This document shows, piece after piece, positions 19,501 through 31,600 of a stretch of 32,441 bases of DNA. Numbering within the stretch: the first letter of the stretch is position 1; each line of letters opens with the position of its first letter. The stretch lies in assembly GCA_040954595.2 (NCBI GenBank), contig CM082583.2:1-32441 (forward strand). The letters run 5' to 3'. A model generated the notes under the pieces. That model was not told where the DNA came from. It worked only from the letters and a program-made list of their open reading frames with translations, and did no database searches. The DNA is from Balanoglossus misakiensis (taxonomy: Eukaryota; Animalia; Hemichordata). A program made the translations under genes and the position numbers.

Positions 19501-22030
19501 AGGCTTTCTGAATGTCCCCTGTGATGCAAAACTTCCGCATACGGTTTCGTACCATGATGTCGAACAACAGTGGCTGCAATGATGGGCCAGTCTCCAAGCA
19601 ATCGTTGAGTGAGGGACTTCTTATGTTGGCTCTGGCTGAGCAATCATACACTATCCGCATTTTCGTCGTCTCTGCTTTCTCTCGGATGACCGCCTGATGT
19701 GGGACATAGTGTATGACCTCCCCCGTCTGGTGAATCGGTACTGGCTCGATGATTCCCATGTTGATTTGTTCTCTCATAATCTCGTCATATTCGTCTAGTC
19801 TCCCCATTCTCTCAAGCTTCTTTGTTGTGCTGTATAGTCGAGCTGTGCATAACCTCTTGTTTGTAGGCAGCGGCATGTGGTCTTCCTTCCATGGTAGTTT
19901 TGTTTCATAGTGTCCACTTTCTGACCTATCGAGCTGCTTCTTGAACTCTTCATGAATTGTGCCGCTTTCTTTCGTATCTGTATCTGTTATTCCAAGAACA
20001 TCCAGTGAACACAGCTTCTCAAATTCTTCTTGACTGGATCGCAGGAAGAACTGTTTCTCTGTTTGACTCCCTATCGCTGAATGCCGTCCTGAAACGGTCC
20101 ACCCAAGCATGGTGAATTCTGCACCTGGATCCTTATCCGGGTAGGTTCCCAAGACAAGAGGCTCTGTGGTTCGTATTCTCTGATAATCCGCCGCTCCGAT
20201 GATAATGTGAACTGGTATCTGATCATCAGTTGTCTCTTCCTCACTGAAATGCAGTCGGCGGAAGCGCCTAAATCGTTTCTTTAGCGCTGGAATATTCGGG
20301 TTAGGCAGGTACGTCAGTATGCCCTTCTCAGCATTCACACATTCTACATCGAATGAGAATCCCTCAACTGCTGCTGACTGTATTGTGACACTGTACACCT
20401 CAACGGTCTTCCTTACAGTGCCGTACATCTGTTCAATACAGCGTTGTTCTGTCTTGACTGGTTTCATCTGCATTTTGGTGATCAGATCTGAGCATATGTA
20501 TGAACTCCCAGCACCCGTGTCGAACATAACACGAACTGTCTCTGTCCCCACTCTGGCTATCACGGTAGGATGCAAAGTGTTTGCATGTTCCATTGTTGTG
20601 CTCAATCCCTTTTCCATTTTTGTAGTTTCTGGTGCATCAAGTGTTGATTTCTCCTTGTCACAAATGGAGGTATGGTGCTTACCAGTACAGTTCCTGCATC
20701 CTCTGGATCTACAGTCGACTGCACGATGCCCAACACCTGTACAGTTGAAACACATCCGGTTTCTTCGCAAAATGGCTCTCTTGGTGGCCACATCAAGCAC
20801 TTTGACACAACCATTACTTGAATGATCTTCTGAACTGCAATACACACACCTGGATTTACGACCTGGGCCCTGTTTAGAGTCACCGTTGTTTCCAAGAAGT
20901 AACTTTTCTTTTTTCTTTGATGGCGTGTGTCTATCATCTTTTTTCCCATTTTTGTCATCACCTACTTTCAGGGGGTTTCTTTCCACATATTTTCGCAGAT
21001 TTTCAACAAGCTCTTCCAGACCCCATTCTTCCCAGTTATCATCTTTTTGTACAAGTACTTCTCGTACCGGACCCAGCTTGTCCATCAGTGTGTATACTGA
21101 GCTTTGTGCAGTAGTCAACTTTTTCATTGTTATGAGTGTGCGTACTATTCTGGCAAGCTTGTTGTAGAAGTCATGTATTTCATACAACTTGTGAATACTG
21201 GTGACGGTTGGAAGTTCCTCAAGTTCCTTTATCAATGACTTGTGTACTTTAATGTCTTTCCCATATGTCTGGACAAGTATTTTCTTTGCTTCCTGATATC
21301 CATCTGCGGTATGAGGTAGACCTAGGATATCCTCTCTGGGTTTTTCCTTCACTAGTTCCAATAAATAGTTGAACTTACTGATTTCTGAGAGATTTGATCC
21401 ATCCACCTCCACGGTGAATTGATTCCAAAAGCGCAGCCAGTCCTTGTAATCACCACAGAAAGGAGTGATAGTATATTTCTGTAGTTTCACTGATTGTGTT
21501 GTGTTCACTGGTGTCACATTCTCCCTATGGTCTACATGTATGTGTTCTGCATGGCTAGCCTCAATCTGTTTTTCAAAATCTAGTTTCTGCATGTACCATT
21601 CTTCCTCTCTGCGATGTTGGCGTGCAGCCGCTTCCTCCATTTCCTGTTGTTGTTGCAATCTGAATCTCGATTGCTCCTCGTTTATTTGTCGCTGAATATG
21701 TAGTTCTTTTTCAAGTTTAGTTTGTGTGTCTCTTTCTATGGCTTCATCCATCTGCTTTCTGATACTCAGACGTGCCTCTCTGAATGACTGGATAACACCC
21801 TTCTGTAATGTTGTCCACTGCTTCACATATTCTAAGTCAGACCCTGATTCCAAGAGATGTTCGGTTGTATCATCCTTCGATTTCTCTAATCGCTTGATCA
21901 ACTCTCCTATTTGTTCATACGCCATTGTGACGTCACTCGTGTCTTCACTCTTTGATAACTCGACAATTTCCTCAAGTTTGAACTCAGCGATTGTCAGCTG
22001 TCGTTTGAATCTCTCCTCGGTGAAAGCCAT
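16589..22030 (-). CDS. BEL/Pao Gag-Pol polyprotein (~1813 aa from ATG 22030)
   Basis: Uninterrupted ORF: coiled-coil N-terminus, FCGDYKDWLRFW (DUF1759-type gag), three Cys/His knuckles including CX2CX3HX4C, FDTGAGSSYI (PR), MRIVYDCS/GDIQKAFLQI/YVDD (RT), FADAS...IPRLEL (Pao RNase H), DFAGP/SDNA/WWGGFFERL (IN), RWLNEYL C-terminal domain. Confidence 0.97.
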   Translation of the reverse strand: MAFTEERFKRQLTIAEFKLEEIVELSKSEDTSDVTMAYEQIGELIKRLEKSKDDTTEHLLESGSDLEYVKQWTTLQKGVIQSFREARLSIRKQMDEAIERDTQTKLEKELHIQRQINEEQSRFRLQQQQEMEEAAARQHRREEEWYMQKLDFEKQIEASHAEHIHVDHRENVTPVNTTQSVKLQKYTITPFCGDYKDWLRFWNQFTVEVDGSNLSEISKFNYLLELVKEKPREDILGLPHTADGYQEAKKILVQTYGKDIKVHKSLIKELEELPTVTSIHKLYEIHDFYNKLARIVRTLITMKKLTTAQSSVYTLMDKLGPVREVLVQKDDNWEEWGLEELVENLRKYVERNPLKVGDDKNGKKDDRHTPSKKKEKLLLGNNGDSKQGPGRKSRCVYCSSEDHSSNGCVKVLDVATKRAILRRNRMCFNCTGVGHRAVDCRSRGCRNCTGKHHTSICDKEKSTLDAPETTKMEKGLSTTMEHANTLHPTVIARVGTETVRVMFDTGAGSSYICSDLITKMQMKPVKTEQRCIEQMYGTVRKTVEVYSVTIQSAAVEGFSFDVECVNAEKGILTYLPNPNIPALKKRFRRFRRLHFSEEETTDDQIPVHIIIGAADYQRIRTTEPLVLGTYPDKDPGAEFTMLGWTVSGRHSAIGSQTEKQFFLRSSQEEFEKLCSLDVLGITDTDTKESGTIHEEFKKQLDRSESGHYETKLPWKEDHMPLPTNKRLCTARLYSTTKKLERMGRLDEYDEIMREQINMGIIEPVPIHQTGEVIHYVPHQAVIREKAETTKMRIVYDCSARANIRSPSLNDCLETGPSLQPLLFDIMVRNRMRKFCITGDIQKAFLQIRVHEQDRDALRVLWYNNLQDRKVTEYRFTRVIFGATSSPYILGVTLQKHIESYKEEYPTTAQTLLDDTYVDDIQGGGDTEDDVAAFKEESTEILSKGGFSLHKWHSNVTHLNSEENNKRGEEQETTSPVRSTSSDDTKILGIPWNKCEDTLTISFKSCLKSSEPITKRKMLADINTIYDILGWSSPVTITAKVIFSEVCLLQLHWDEEVPAEIQRKWRMWIKSLRQAPTITIPRCVFTNKPTHFEMHGFADASKVAVCAAIYVVAYNNSTPISQNLLVAKSRIAPKQVSIPRLELVAAHTLAKLQSNVSKALADFPITACYSWVDSTTVLYWLSNHGEWSTFVRNRVKKIGELTESKWRYVSTAENPSDMGTRGSAPSRLGVMWFHGPSWLSNDRDRPVQPEISESEGTMSEKKSTKRSEVMLLLEDTTQDDMKAWAQVLLSKYNFWKLLRITSYMKRFIDSCKGVRRVGPLTKSEIGASEKIWIRVTQQTNTMTSDLTLKTGQDGILRCYGRVQGYNPIFIPRKSALAKRIVEHCHLQTLHGGVATTMSKVREKYWIPKLRSVVKSIRHGCIYCTKYRAKVLDAPTTAALPTFRTEFTEPFDVTGVDFAGPLLYKVEKYGTNKAYIALFTCASTRAVHLKLCRDLSANEFKRGLKEFVARRGSPSLMVSDNAKTFIATKNWLSTLEKDEDLFNYLATKNIEWKFNMSRSPWWGGFFERLIGIMKRSLSKAIGRALLKFEELEEVLLDVETFMNNRPLCYMEEDFDQMVITPNLLLRGQPAQFLEDSVRDVGDSQDEMSKRMRYLKTCRQNVRKRWLNEYLHALQERCSKKVEAKEQKLPGKNSIVLLKDTTKNRANWKIGRIVDNIVGKDGVLRGYKIQTGSGYVVERPIQLVCDLEVGGAADETVVDENIGPGDAVPVIDQERTPTEEGDGNLIGQDFRRPARRAKTAAVDRLVGVIANENEDD

Positions 22031-22186
22031 GTTTCGTATATATGTTCGCAAGTACCGCTACGGTTGAATAAAGTTAGTGTCAAACCTTGACTCGGCCGTT
22101 GAGTTTTGTTTACACGCCTCCGATCCGCTCACTGCACTGCATACACTGGCTTATGCAATACGCGTTGTGATGTGATGTACTCACGC

Positions 22187-22203
22187 TCCCGTCATGGTCG
22201 CCA
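22187..22203 (-). other. Primer binding site, probably tRNA-Arg
   Basis: TGGCGACCATGACGGGA resembles the Arg-type PBS TGGCGACCGTGACAGGA. It lies 8 nt inside the LTR. Confidence 0.65.
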
Positions 22204-22211
22204 CCATTCAG

Positions 22212-22621
22212 TGTGGGGAATATTTTCTTACGATTTGGCCGCCGCTCATTCCCAGGGACACTGAAGAAACTCACCGCTACTCCCGTTCACAGAATAACAC
22301 AGGTTTATTGCGTTAAAACTCGCAATTTAACAGACAACGCATCAATAAATTGTATTTGGCATGGCTTCCACGATGAACAACAAAGCATGATGGGAAATCG
22401 AGAATGTTCTTAACTCAGAGTTCGAAATGTTGCACGGAATCACGGAAATCAATGTCCGGAAAAAGTCAGTAATGTTCCTACGTAAAAACTAAGTTTTCTG
22501 AACAAAATAAACACATGAAAACAACAATAAACGTTCAGTGTAGTTCAAAAACAAGACGGCAAAGGTCATCACTGAGCTAATAATAGTCATGCCGTCATCA
22601 AAACCCGCATGTTTTCCCACA
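22212..22621 (-). repeat. 5' LTR of the BEL/Pao element
   Basis: 410-bp repeat of 16135-16544. Confidence 0.97.
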
Positions 22622-25600
22622 GTGCTGATTATAAAAAATGCACTCTGAATGAGCTGATTTAATACAAAATTGCGTTTTATTCGTTTTTGCACCAAAAAGG
22701 TCATTTTTAGGGAAAACATTCTTTATTCTTTAAATTCGGTGACCTGATCATATATAAACAATTGCTTGTATGTTGAAAGTTTTTATGACTTTTAAAAGCA
22801 GTGACACTGGCGGCATTCAACACGAAAATAACAATTTTAGCCACAATTCGGTCAAAATGGTAAATTTTTGAAAATTACAAAAAATACCTGTTTTCTACAT
22901 TTTCGGAAATCTGATGGAGTATAGAATGCTCTTCGTATACATATATCGATACAAATTCCACAAAAAAAACGGCCAATTTGGCTCACTGCAGACAAAATTG
23001 CGTTTTACCAAATTTTCCTTGAAAATGTCATTTTTAGAAAAAAAAATAAAAAAACCTTTGTTCTTCGAATTTGGTGCCCCGATCATATATGACATGTTGA
23101 TTGTATGTTAAAAGTTTCGACCACACCAAAAATGCAGAGATATTGACGGAATTCAAGAAAAAATAGCCATTTTGGCCATATTTTGACAAAAATGGTAAAA
23201 TTTTAAAAAATCATAAAAAATTAACTCTTTTCTTCATTTTCGGAAATATTATGGAGCATTAAGTGTCGTTCTCTTGTAAAAAGTGCTGCAAATTCCAGAA
23301 AAGGTGGTATAATTTGAATCACCCAAGACAAAATTACCATTTTCGCCTTTGTTTCGAAAAATTGTCTTTTTTACAAAATAAATAAGAATAAATTCTTTTC
23401 TTAGTTTCAAACGGGTAGAGATACTTTCCACACGGGTTTTCTAACATTGAATTCCCGTTCATCAACTCTGATTTCCTACAGCATAAATCGGCTAAAACCC
23501 TGACACTCTAGAGCAGAAACAGTTGCACACTGGTAACGTTGAACAAGTCGATTTTTTACGGCCTGGCTCGGCTAAATCTCCGTCACAATATGACTGACAC
23601 TAGCGTACGTTAGCAATGGTGATCAAGTCAGATTTTCTACGGCATGGGTTGGATAAAGCCCCGGCACTCAAGAGCAGAAACACGCGTACAGAGACCACGT
23701 TGATCAAGTCTGATCTCCTACGGCTTGGCTCGACTAAAACCCCGGCACACTATGACAGACACTAGCGTTCGTTAGCAACGTTGATCAAGTCAGATTTCCT
23801 ACGGCATGGCTTTGCTAAAGCCCTGACACTCTAGAGCAGAAACACGCGTACAGAGACCACGTTGATCTACTCACATTTCCTTCGGCCTGGCACGGCTGAT
23901 GCCCCGGCAGTATATATAGGACACAGACTGGCGTAAGTTAACAACGGTAATCACGTCGGGTTTCCTACGGCCTGGCTCAGCTGAAGCCCCGGCACTCTAG
24001 AGCAGAAACAGGCGTACATTGACCACGTTGATCAAATCAGATTCCTACGGCGTGACTCCGCTGGTGCACCGGCTCTATATGACACAGACTGGCGTAAGTT
24101 ATCAACGGTGATTACGTCGGATTTCCTACGGCCTGGTTTAGCTCAAGCCCCGGCACTTTAGAGCGGAAACACGCGTACATTGACCACGATGATCAAGTCA
24201 GATCTCCTACGGCTTGGCTCGACTAAAACCCCGGCACACTATGACAGACACTAGCGTTCGTTAGCAACGTTGATCAATTCAGATTTCCTACGGCATGGCT
24301 TGGCTAAAGCCCTGGCATTCTAGAGCAGAAACACGCGTACAGAGACCACATTGATCTACTCACATTTCCTTAGGCCTGGCACGGCTGATGCCCCGCACTA
24401 TATATAGGACACAGACTGGCGTAAGTTAACAACGGTAATCACGTCGGGTTTCCTACGGCCTGGCTCAGCTGAAGCCCGGCACTCTAGAGCAGAAACAGGC
24501 GCACATTGACCACGTTGATCAAATCAGATTCCTACGGCGTGACTCGGCTGGTGCCCCGGCTCTATATGACACAGACTGGCGTAAGTTATCAACGGTGATT
24601 ACGTCGGATTTCCTACGGCCTGGTTTAGCTGAAGCCCCGGCACTTTAGAGCGGAAACACGCGTACATTGACCACGATGATCCAGTCAGATCTCCTACGGC
24701 CTGGCTCGACTAAAACCCCGGCACACCATGACAGACACTAGCGTTCGTTAGCAACGGTGATCAAGTCGGATTTCCTTCGGCCTGGCTCTACAAAAGACCC
24801 GACACTCTAGTACAAAGACGTTGGCTAAGTCGGGCAAACCGAAGAGGGAAAGTCACAGCGGGTCAACACTCGACATTTATTCCGGTAGGACTACATTATT
24901 GCCTGTCAATTTATAGAGAAAGCCCGAATTTAACCAGGGCGTTTCAAACACCGACGTTAGTTGTGGGCACGGCCTGCAGTACTGACGGGTAAGCTGACAT
25001 CGGCGTACCGCATGTAATGTGGGGGGGGGGGGGGAACAGAACGGTTCAATACTACATTTATTAGATATCAGCTACTTTTGGACAATCATCTAAAATCTAA
25101 ATCATTTTTTCATATTTGGATATCTGATGATGTATGAAATTTCCATTATATGTAAAAATGGTGCTGATTATAAAAAATGCACTCTGAATGAGCTGATTTA
25201 ATACAAAATTGCGTTTTATTCGTTTTTGCACCAAAAAGGTCATTTTTAGGGAAAACATTCTTTATTCTTTAAATTCGGTGACCTGATCATATATAAACAA
25301 TTGCTTGTATGTTAAAAGTTTTAATGACTTTTAAAAGCAGTGACACTGGCGGCATTCAACACGAAAATAACAATTTTAGCCACAATTCGGTCAAAATGGT
25401 AAATTTTTGAAAATTACAAAAAATACCTGTTTTCTACATTTTCGGAAATCTGATGGAGTATAGAATGCTCTTCGCATACATATATCGATACAAATTCCAC
25501 AAAAAAACGGCCAATTTGGCTCACTGCAGACAAAATTGCGTTTTACCAAATTTTCCTTGAAAATGTCATTTTTAGAAAAAAAAATAAAAAAAACCTTTGT

Positions 25601-28600
25601 TCTTCGAATTTGGTGCCCTGATCATATATGACATGTTGATTGTATGTTAAAACTTTGGACCACTCCAAAAATGCAGAGATATTGACGGAATTCAAGAAAA
25701 AATAGCCATTTTGGCCATATTTTGACAAAAATGGTAAATTTTTAAAAAATCATAAAAAATTAACTCTTTTCTTCATTTTCGGAAATATTATGGAGCATGA
25801 AGTGTCGTTCTCTTGTAAAAAGTGCTGCAAATTCCAGAAAAGGCGGTATAATTTGAATCACCCATGACAAAATTACCATTTTCGACTTTTTTTCGAAAAA
25901 TTGTGATTTTTACAAAATAAATAAGAATAAATTATTTTCTTAGTTTCAAAAGGGTAGAGACACTTTCCACACAGGTTTTTTAACATTAAATTCCCATTCA
26001 TCAACTCAGATTTCCTACAGCATAAGTCGGCTAAAACCCTGACACTCTAGAGCAGAAACAGTTGCACACTGGTAACGTTGAACAAGTCGATTTTTCTACG
26101 GCCTGGCTCGGCTAAATCTCCGTCACGATATGACAGACACTAGCGCACGTTAGCAACGGTGATCAAGTCAGATTTTCTACGGCATGGCTGGGATAAAGCC
26201 CCGGCACTCTAGAGCAGAAACACGCGTACAGAGACCACGTTGATCAAGTCTGATCTCCTACGGCTTGGCTCGACTAAAACCCCGGCACACTATGACAGAC
26301 ACTAGCGTTCGTTAGCAACGTTGATCAAGTCAGATTTCCTACGGCATGGCTTGGCTAAAGCCCTGGCATTCTAGAGCAGAAACACGCGTACAGAGACCAC
26401 ATTGATCTACTCACATTTCCTTAGGCCTGGCACGGCTGATGCCCCGCACTATATATAGGACACAGACTGGCGTAAGTTAACAACGGTAATCACGTCGGGT
26501 TTCCTACGGCCTGGATCAGCTGAAGCCCCTGCACTCTAGAGCAGAAACAGGCGTACATTGACCACGTTGATCAAGTCAGATTTCCTACGGCCTGGTTCGA
26601 CTAAAACCCCGGCACACCATGACAGACACTAGCGTTCGTTAGCAACGGTGATCAAGTCTGATTTCCTTCGGCCTGGCTCGGCAAAAGACCCGACCCTCTA
26701 GTACAAAGACGTTGGCTAAGTCGGGCAAACCGAAGAGGGAAAGTCACAGCGGGTCAACACTCGACATTTGTTCGGGTAGGACTGCATTATTGCCTGTAAT
26801 TTATAGAGAAAGCCCGAATTTAACCAGGGCGCTTCAAACACCGACGTTAGTTGGGGGCACGGCCTGCAGTACTGCCGGGTAAGGTGACATCGGCGTACCG
26901 CATATAATGTAGGGGGGGGGGGAGAAACAGAACGGTTCAATACTACATTTATCAGATATCAGCTAATTTTGGACAATCATCTAAAATCTAAATCATCTTT
27001 TCATATTTGGATATCTGATGATGTATGAAATTTCCATTATATGTAAAAATGGTGCTGATTATAAAAATGCACTCTGAATGAGCTGATTTAATACAAAATT
27101 GCGTTTTATTCGTTTTTGCACCAAAAAGGTCATTTTTAGGCAAAACATTCTTTATTTTTTTAATTCGGTGACCTGATCATATATAAACAATTGCTTGTAT
27201 GTTAAAAGTTTTTATGACTTTTAAAAGCAGTGACACTGGCGGCATTCAACACGAAAATAACAATTTTAGCCACAATTTGGTCAAAATGGAAAATTTTTCA
27301 AAATTACAAAAAATACCCTTTTCTACATTTTCGGAAATCTGATGGAGTATAGAATGCTCTTCGTATGTATATATCGATACAAATTCCATAAAAGACCGTC
27401 TAATTTGGCTCACTGCAGACAAAATTGCGTTTTACCAAATTTTCCTTGAAAATGTCATTTTTAGAAAAAAAAATAAAAAAACCTTTGTTCTTCGAATTTG
27501 GTGCCCCGATCATATATGACATGTTGATTGTATGTTAAAAGTTTCGACCACACCAAAAATGCAGAGATATTGACGGAATTCAAGAAAAAATAGCCATTTT
27601 GGCCATATTTTGACAAAAATGGTAAAATTTTAAAAAATCATAAAAAATTAACTCTTTTCTTCATTTTCGGAAATATTATGGAGCATTAAGTGTCGTTCTC
27701 TTGTAAAAAGTGCTGCAAATTCCAGAAAAGGTGGTATAATTTGAATCACCCAAGACAAAATTACCATTTTCGCCTTTGTTTCGAAAAATTGTCTTTTTTA
27801 CAAAATAAATAAGAATAAATTCTTTTCTTAGTTTCAAACGGGTAGAGATACTTTCCACACGGGTTTTCTAACATTGAATTCCCGTTCATCAACTCTGATT
27901 TCCTACAGCATAAATCGGCTAAAACCCTGACACTCTAGAGCAGAAACAGTTGCACACTGGTAACGTTGAACAAGTCGATTTTTTACGGCCTGGCTCGGCT
28001 AAATCTCCGTCACAATATGACAGACACTAGCGTACGTTAGCAACGGTGATCAAGTCAGATTTTCTACGGCATGGGTTGGATAAAGCCCCGGCACTCAAGA
28101 GCAGAAACACGCGTACAGAGACCACGTTGATCAAGTCTGATCTCCTACGGCTTGGCTCGACTAAAACCCCGGCACACTATGACAGACACTAGCGTTCGTT
28201 AGCAACGTTGATCAAGTCAGATTTCCTACGGCATGGCTTTGCTAAAGCCCTGACACTCTAGAGCAGAAACACGCGTACAGAGACCACGTTGATCTACTCA
28301 CATTTCCTTCGGCCTGGCACGGCTGATGCCCCGGCACTATATATAGGACACAGACTGGCGTAAGTTAACAACGGTAATCACGTCGGGTTTCCTACGGCCT
28401 GGCTCAGCTGAAGCCCCGGCACTCTAGAGCAGAAACAGGCGTACATTGACCACGTTGATCAAGTCAGATTTCCTACGGCGTGACTCGGCTGGTGCACCGG
28501 CTCTATATGACACAGACTGGCGTAAGTTATCAACGGTGATTACGTCGGATTTCCTACGGCCTGGTTTAGCTGAAGCCCCGGCACTTTAGAGCGGAAACAC

Positions 28601-31600
28601 GCGTACATTGACCACGATGATCAAGTCAGATCTCCTACGGCCTGGCTCGACTAAAACCCCGGCACACCATGACAGACACTAGCGTTCGTTAGCAACGGTG
28701 ATCAAGTCGGATTTCCTTCGGCCTGGCTCTGCAAAAGACCCGACACTCTAGTACAAAGACGTCGGCTAAGTCGGGCAAACCGAAGAGGGAAAGTCACAGC
28801 GTGTCAACACTCGACATTTGTTCGGGTAGGACTGCATTATTGCCTGTCAATTTATAGAGAAAGCCCGAATTTAACCAGGGCGTTTCAAACACCGACGTTA
28901 GTTGGGGGCACGGCCTGCAGTACTGCCGGGTAAGCTGACATCGGCGTACCGCATATAATGTAGGGGAGGGGGGGGGGGGGAACAGAACGGTTCAATACTA
29001 CATTTATTAGATATCAGCTAATTTTGGACAATCATCTAAAATCTAAATCATTTTTTCATATTTGGATATCTGGTGATGTATGAAATTTCCATTATATGTA
29101 AAAATGGTGCTGATTATAAAAAAATGCACTCTGAATGAGCTTATTTAATACAAAATTGCGTTTTATTCGTTTTTGCACCAAAAGGGTCATTTTTAGGCCA
29201 AACATTCTTTATTTTTTTAATTCGGTGACCTGATCATATATAAACAATTGCTTGTATGTTAAAAGTTTTTATGACTTTTAAAAGCAGTGACACTGGCGGC
29301 ATTCAACACGAAAATAACAATTTTAGCCATAATTTGATCAAAATGGTAAATTTTTGAAAATTACAAAAAATACCTGTTTTCTACATTTTCGGAAATCTGA
29401 TGGAGTATAGAATGCTCTTCGTATGTATATATCGATACAAATTCCACAAAAGACAATCTAATTTGGCTCACTGCAGACAAAATTGCGTTTTACCAAATGT
29501 TCCTTGAAAATGTCATTTTTAGAAAAAAAACTAAAAAAAACTTTGTTCTTCGAATTTGGTGCCCTGATCAAATATGACATGTTGATTGTATGTTAAAACT
29601 TTCGACCACTCCAAAAATGCAGAGATATTGACGGAATTCAAGAAAAAATAGCCATTTTGGCCATATTTTGACAAAAATGGTAATTTTTTAAAAAATCATA
29701 AAAAATTAACTCTTTTCTTCATTTTCGGAAATATTATGGAGCATGAAGTGTCGTTCTCTTGTAAAAAGTGCTTCAAATTCCAGAAAAGGCGGTATAATTT
29801 GAATCACCCAAGACAAAATTACCATTTTCGACTTTTTTTCGAAAAATTGTCTTGTTTTACAAAATAAATAAGAATAAATTCTTTTCTTAGTTTCAAACGG
29901 GTAGAGATACTTTACACACGGGTTCTCTAACATTGAATTCCCGTTCATCAACTCAGATTTCCTACAGCACAAGTCGGCTAAAACCCTGACACTCTAGAGC
30001 AGAAACAGTTGCACACTGGTAACGTTGAACAAGTCGATTTTTCTACGGCCTGGCTCGGCTAAATCTCCGTCACAATATGACAGACACTAGCGTAAGTTAG
30101 CAACGGTGATCAAGTCAGATTTTCTACGGCATAGCTCGGATAAAGCCCCGGCACTCTAGAGCAGAAACACGCGTACAGAGACCACGTTGATCAAGTCTGA
30201 TCTCCTACGGCTTGGCTCGACTAAAACCCCGGCACACTATGACAGACACTAGCGTTCGTTAGCAACGTTGATCAAGTCAGATTTTCTACGGCATGGCTTG
30301 GCTAAAGCCCTGGCACTCTAGAGCAGAAACACGCGTACAGAGACCACGTTGATCTACTCACATTTCCTTCGGCCTGGCACGGCTGATGCCCCGGCACTAT
30401 ATATAGGACACAGACTGGCGTAAGTTAACAACGGTAATCACGTCGGGTTTCCAACGGCCTGGCTCAGCTGAAGCCCCGGCACTCTAGAGCAGAAACAGGC
30501 GTACATTGACCACGTTGATCAAGTCAGATTTCCTACGGCGTGACTCGGCTGGTGCACCGGCTCTATATGACACAGACTGGCGTAAGTTATCAACGGTGAT
30601 TACGTCGGATTTTCTACTGCCTGGTTTTGCTGAAGCCCCGGCGCTTTAGAGCGGAAACACGCGTACATTGACAACGATGATCAAGTCAGATCTCCTACGG
30701 CCTGGCTCGACTAAAACCCCGGCACACCATGACAGACACTAGCGTTCGTTATCAACGGTGATCAAGTCGGATTTCCTTCGGCCTGGCTCTGCAAAAGACC
30801 CGACACTCTAGTACAAAGACGTTGGCTAAGTCGGGCAAACCGAAGAGGGAAAGTCACAGCGGGTCAACACTCGACATTTGGTCGGGTAGGACTGCATTAT
30901 TGCCTGTCAATTTATAGAGAAAGCCCGAATTTAACCAGGGCGTTTCAAACACCGACGATAGTTGGGGGCACGGCCTGCAGTACTGCCGGGTATGCTGACA
31001 TCGGCGTACCGCATATAATGTAGGGGGGGGGGGGGAACAGAACGGTTCAATACTACATTTATTAGATATCAGCTAATTTTGGACAATCATCTAAAATCTA
31101 AATCATTTTTTCATATTTGGATATCTGATGATGTATAAAATTTCCATTATATGTAAAAATGGTGCTGATTATAAAAAATGCACTCTGAATGAGTTGATTT
31201 AATACAAAATTGCGTTTTATTCGTTTTTGCACCAAAAAGGTCATTTTTAGGCAAAACATTCTTTATTTTTTTAATTCGGTGACCTGATCATATATAAACA
31301 ATTGTTTGTATGTTAAAAGTTTTTATGACTTTTAAAAGCAGTGACACTGGCGGCATTCAACACGAAAATAACAATTTTAGCCACAATTTGGTCAAAATGG
31401 TAAATTTTTGAAAATTACAAAAAATACCTGTTTTCTACATTTTCGGAAATATGATGGAGTATAGAATGCTCTTCGTATGTATATATCGATGCAAATTCCA
31501 CAAAAGACAGTCTAATATGGCTCACTGCAGACAAAATTGCGTTTTACCAAATTTTACTTGAAAATGTCATTTTTAGAAAAAAAATAAAAAACCCTTTGTT

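Larger units (their letters stand above)
16135..22621 (-). mobile_element. Full-length BEL/Pao LTR retrotransposon (6487 bp)
   Basis: 410-bp LTRs TGTGGG...CCCACA. 4-bp TSD GTGC at 16131-16134 and 22622-22625; the empty site atggtgctgatt is seen in other monomers. PBS, PPT and a single gag-pol ORF. Confidence 0.98.
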
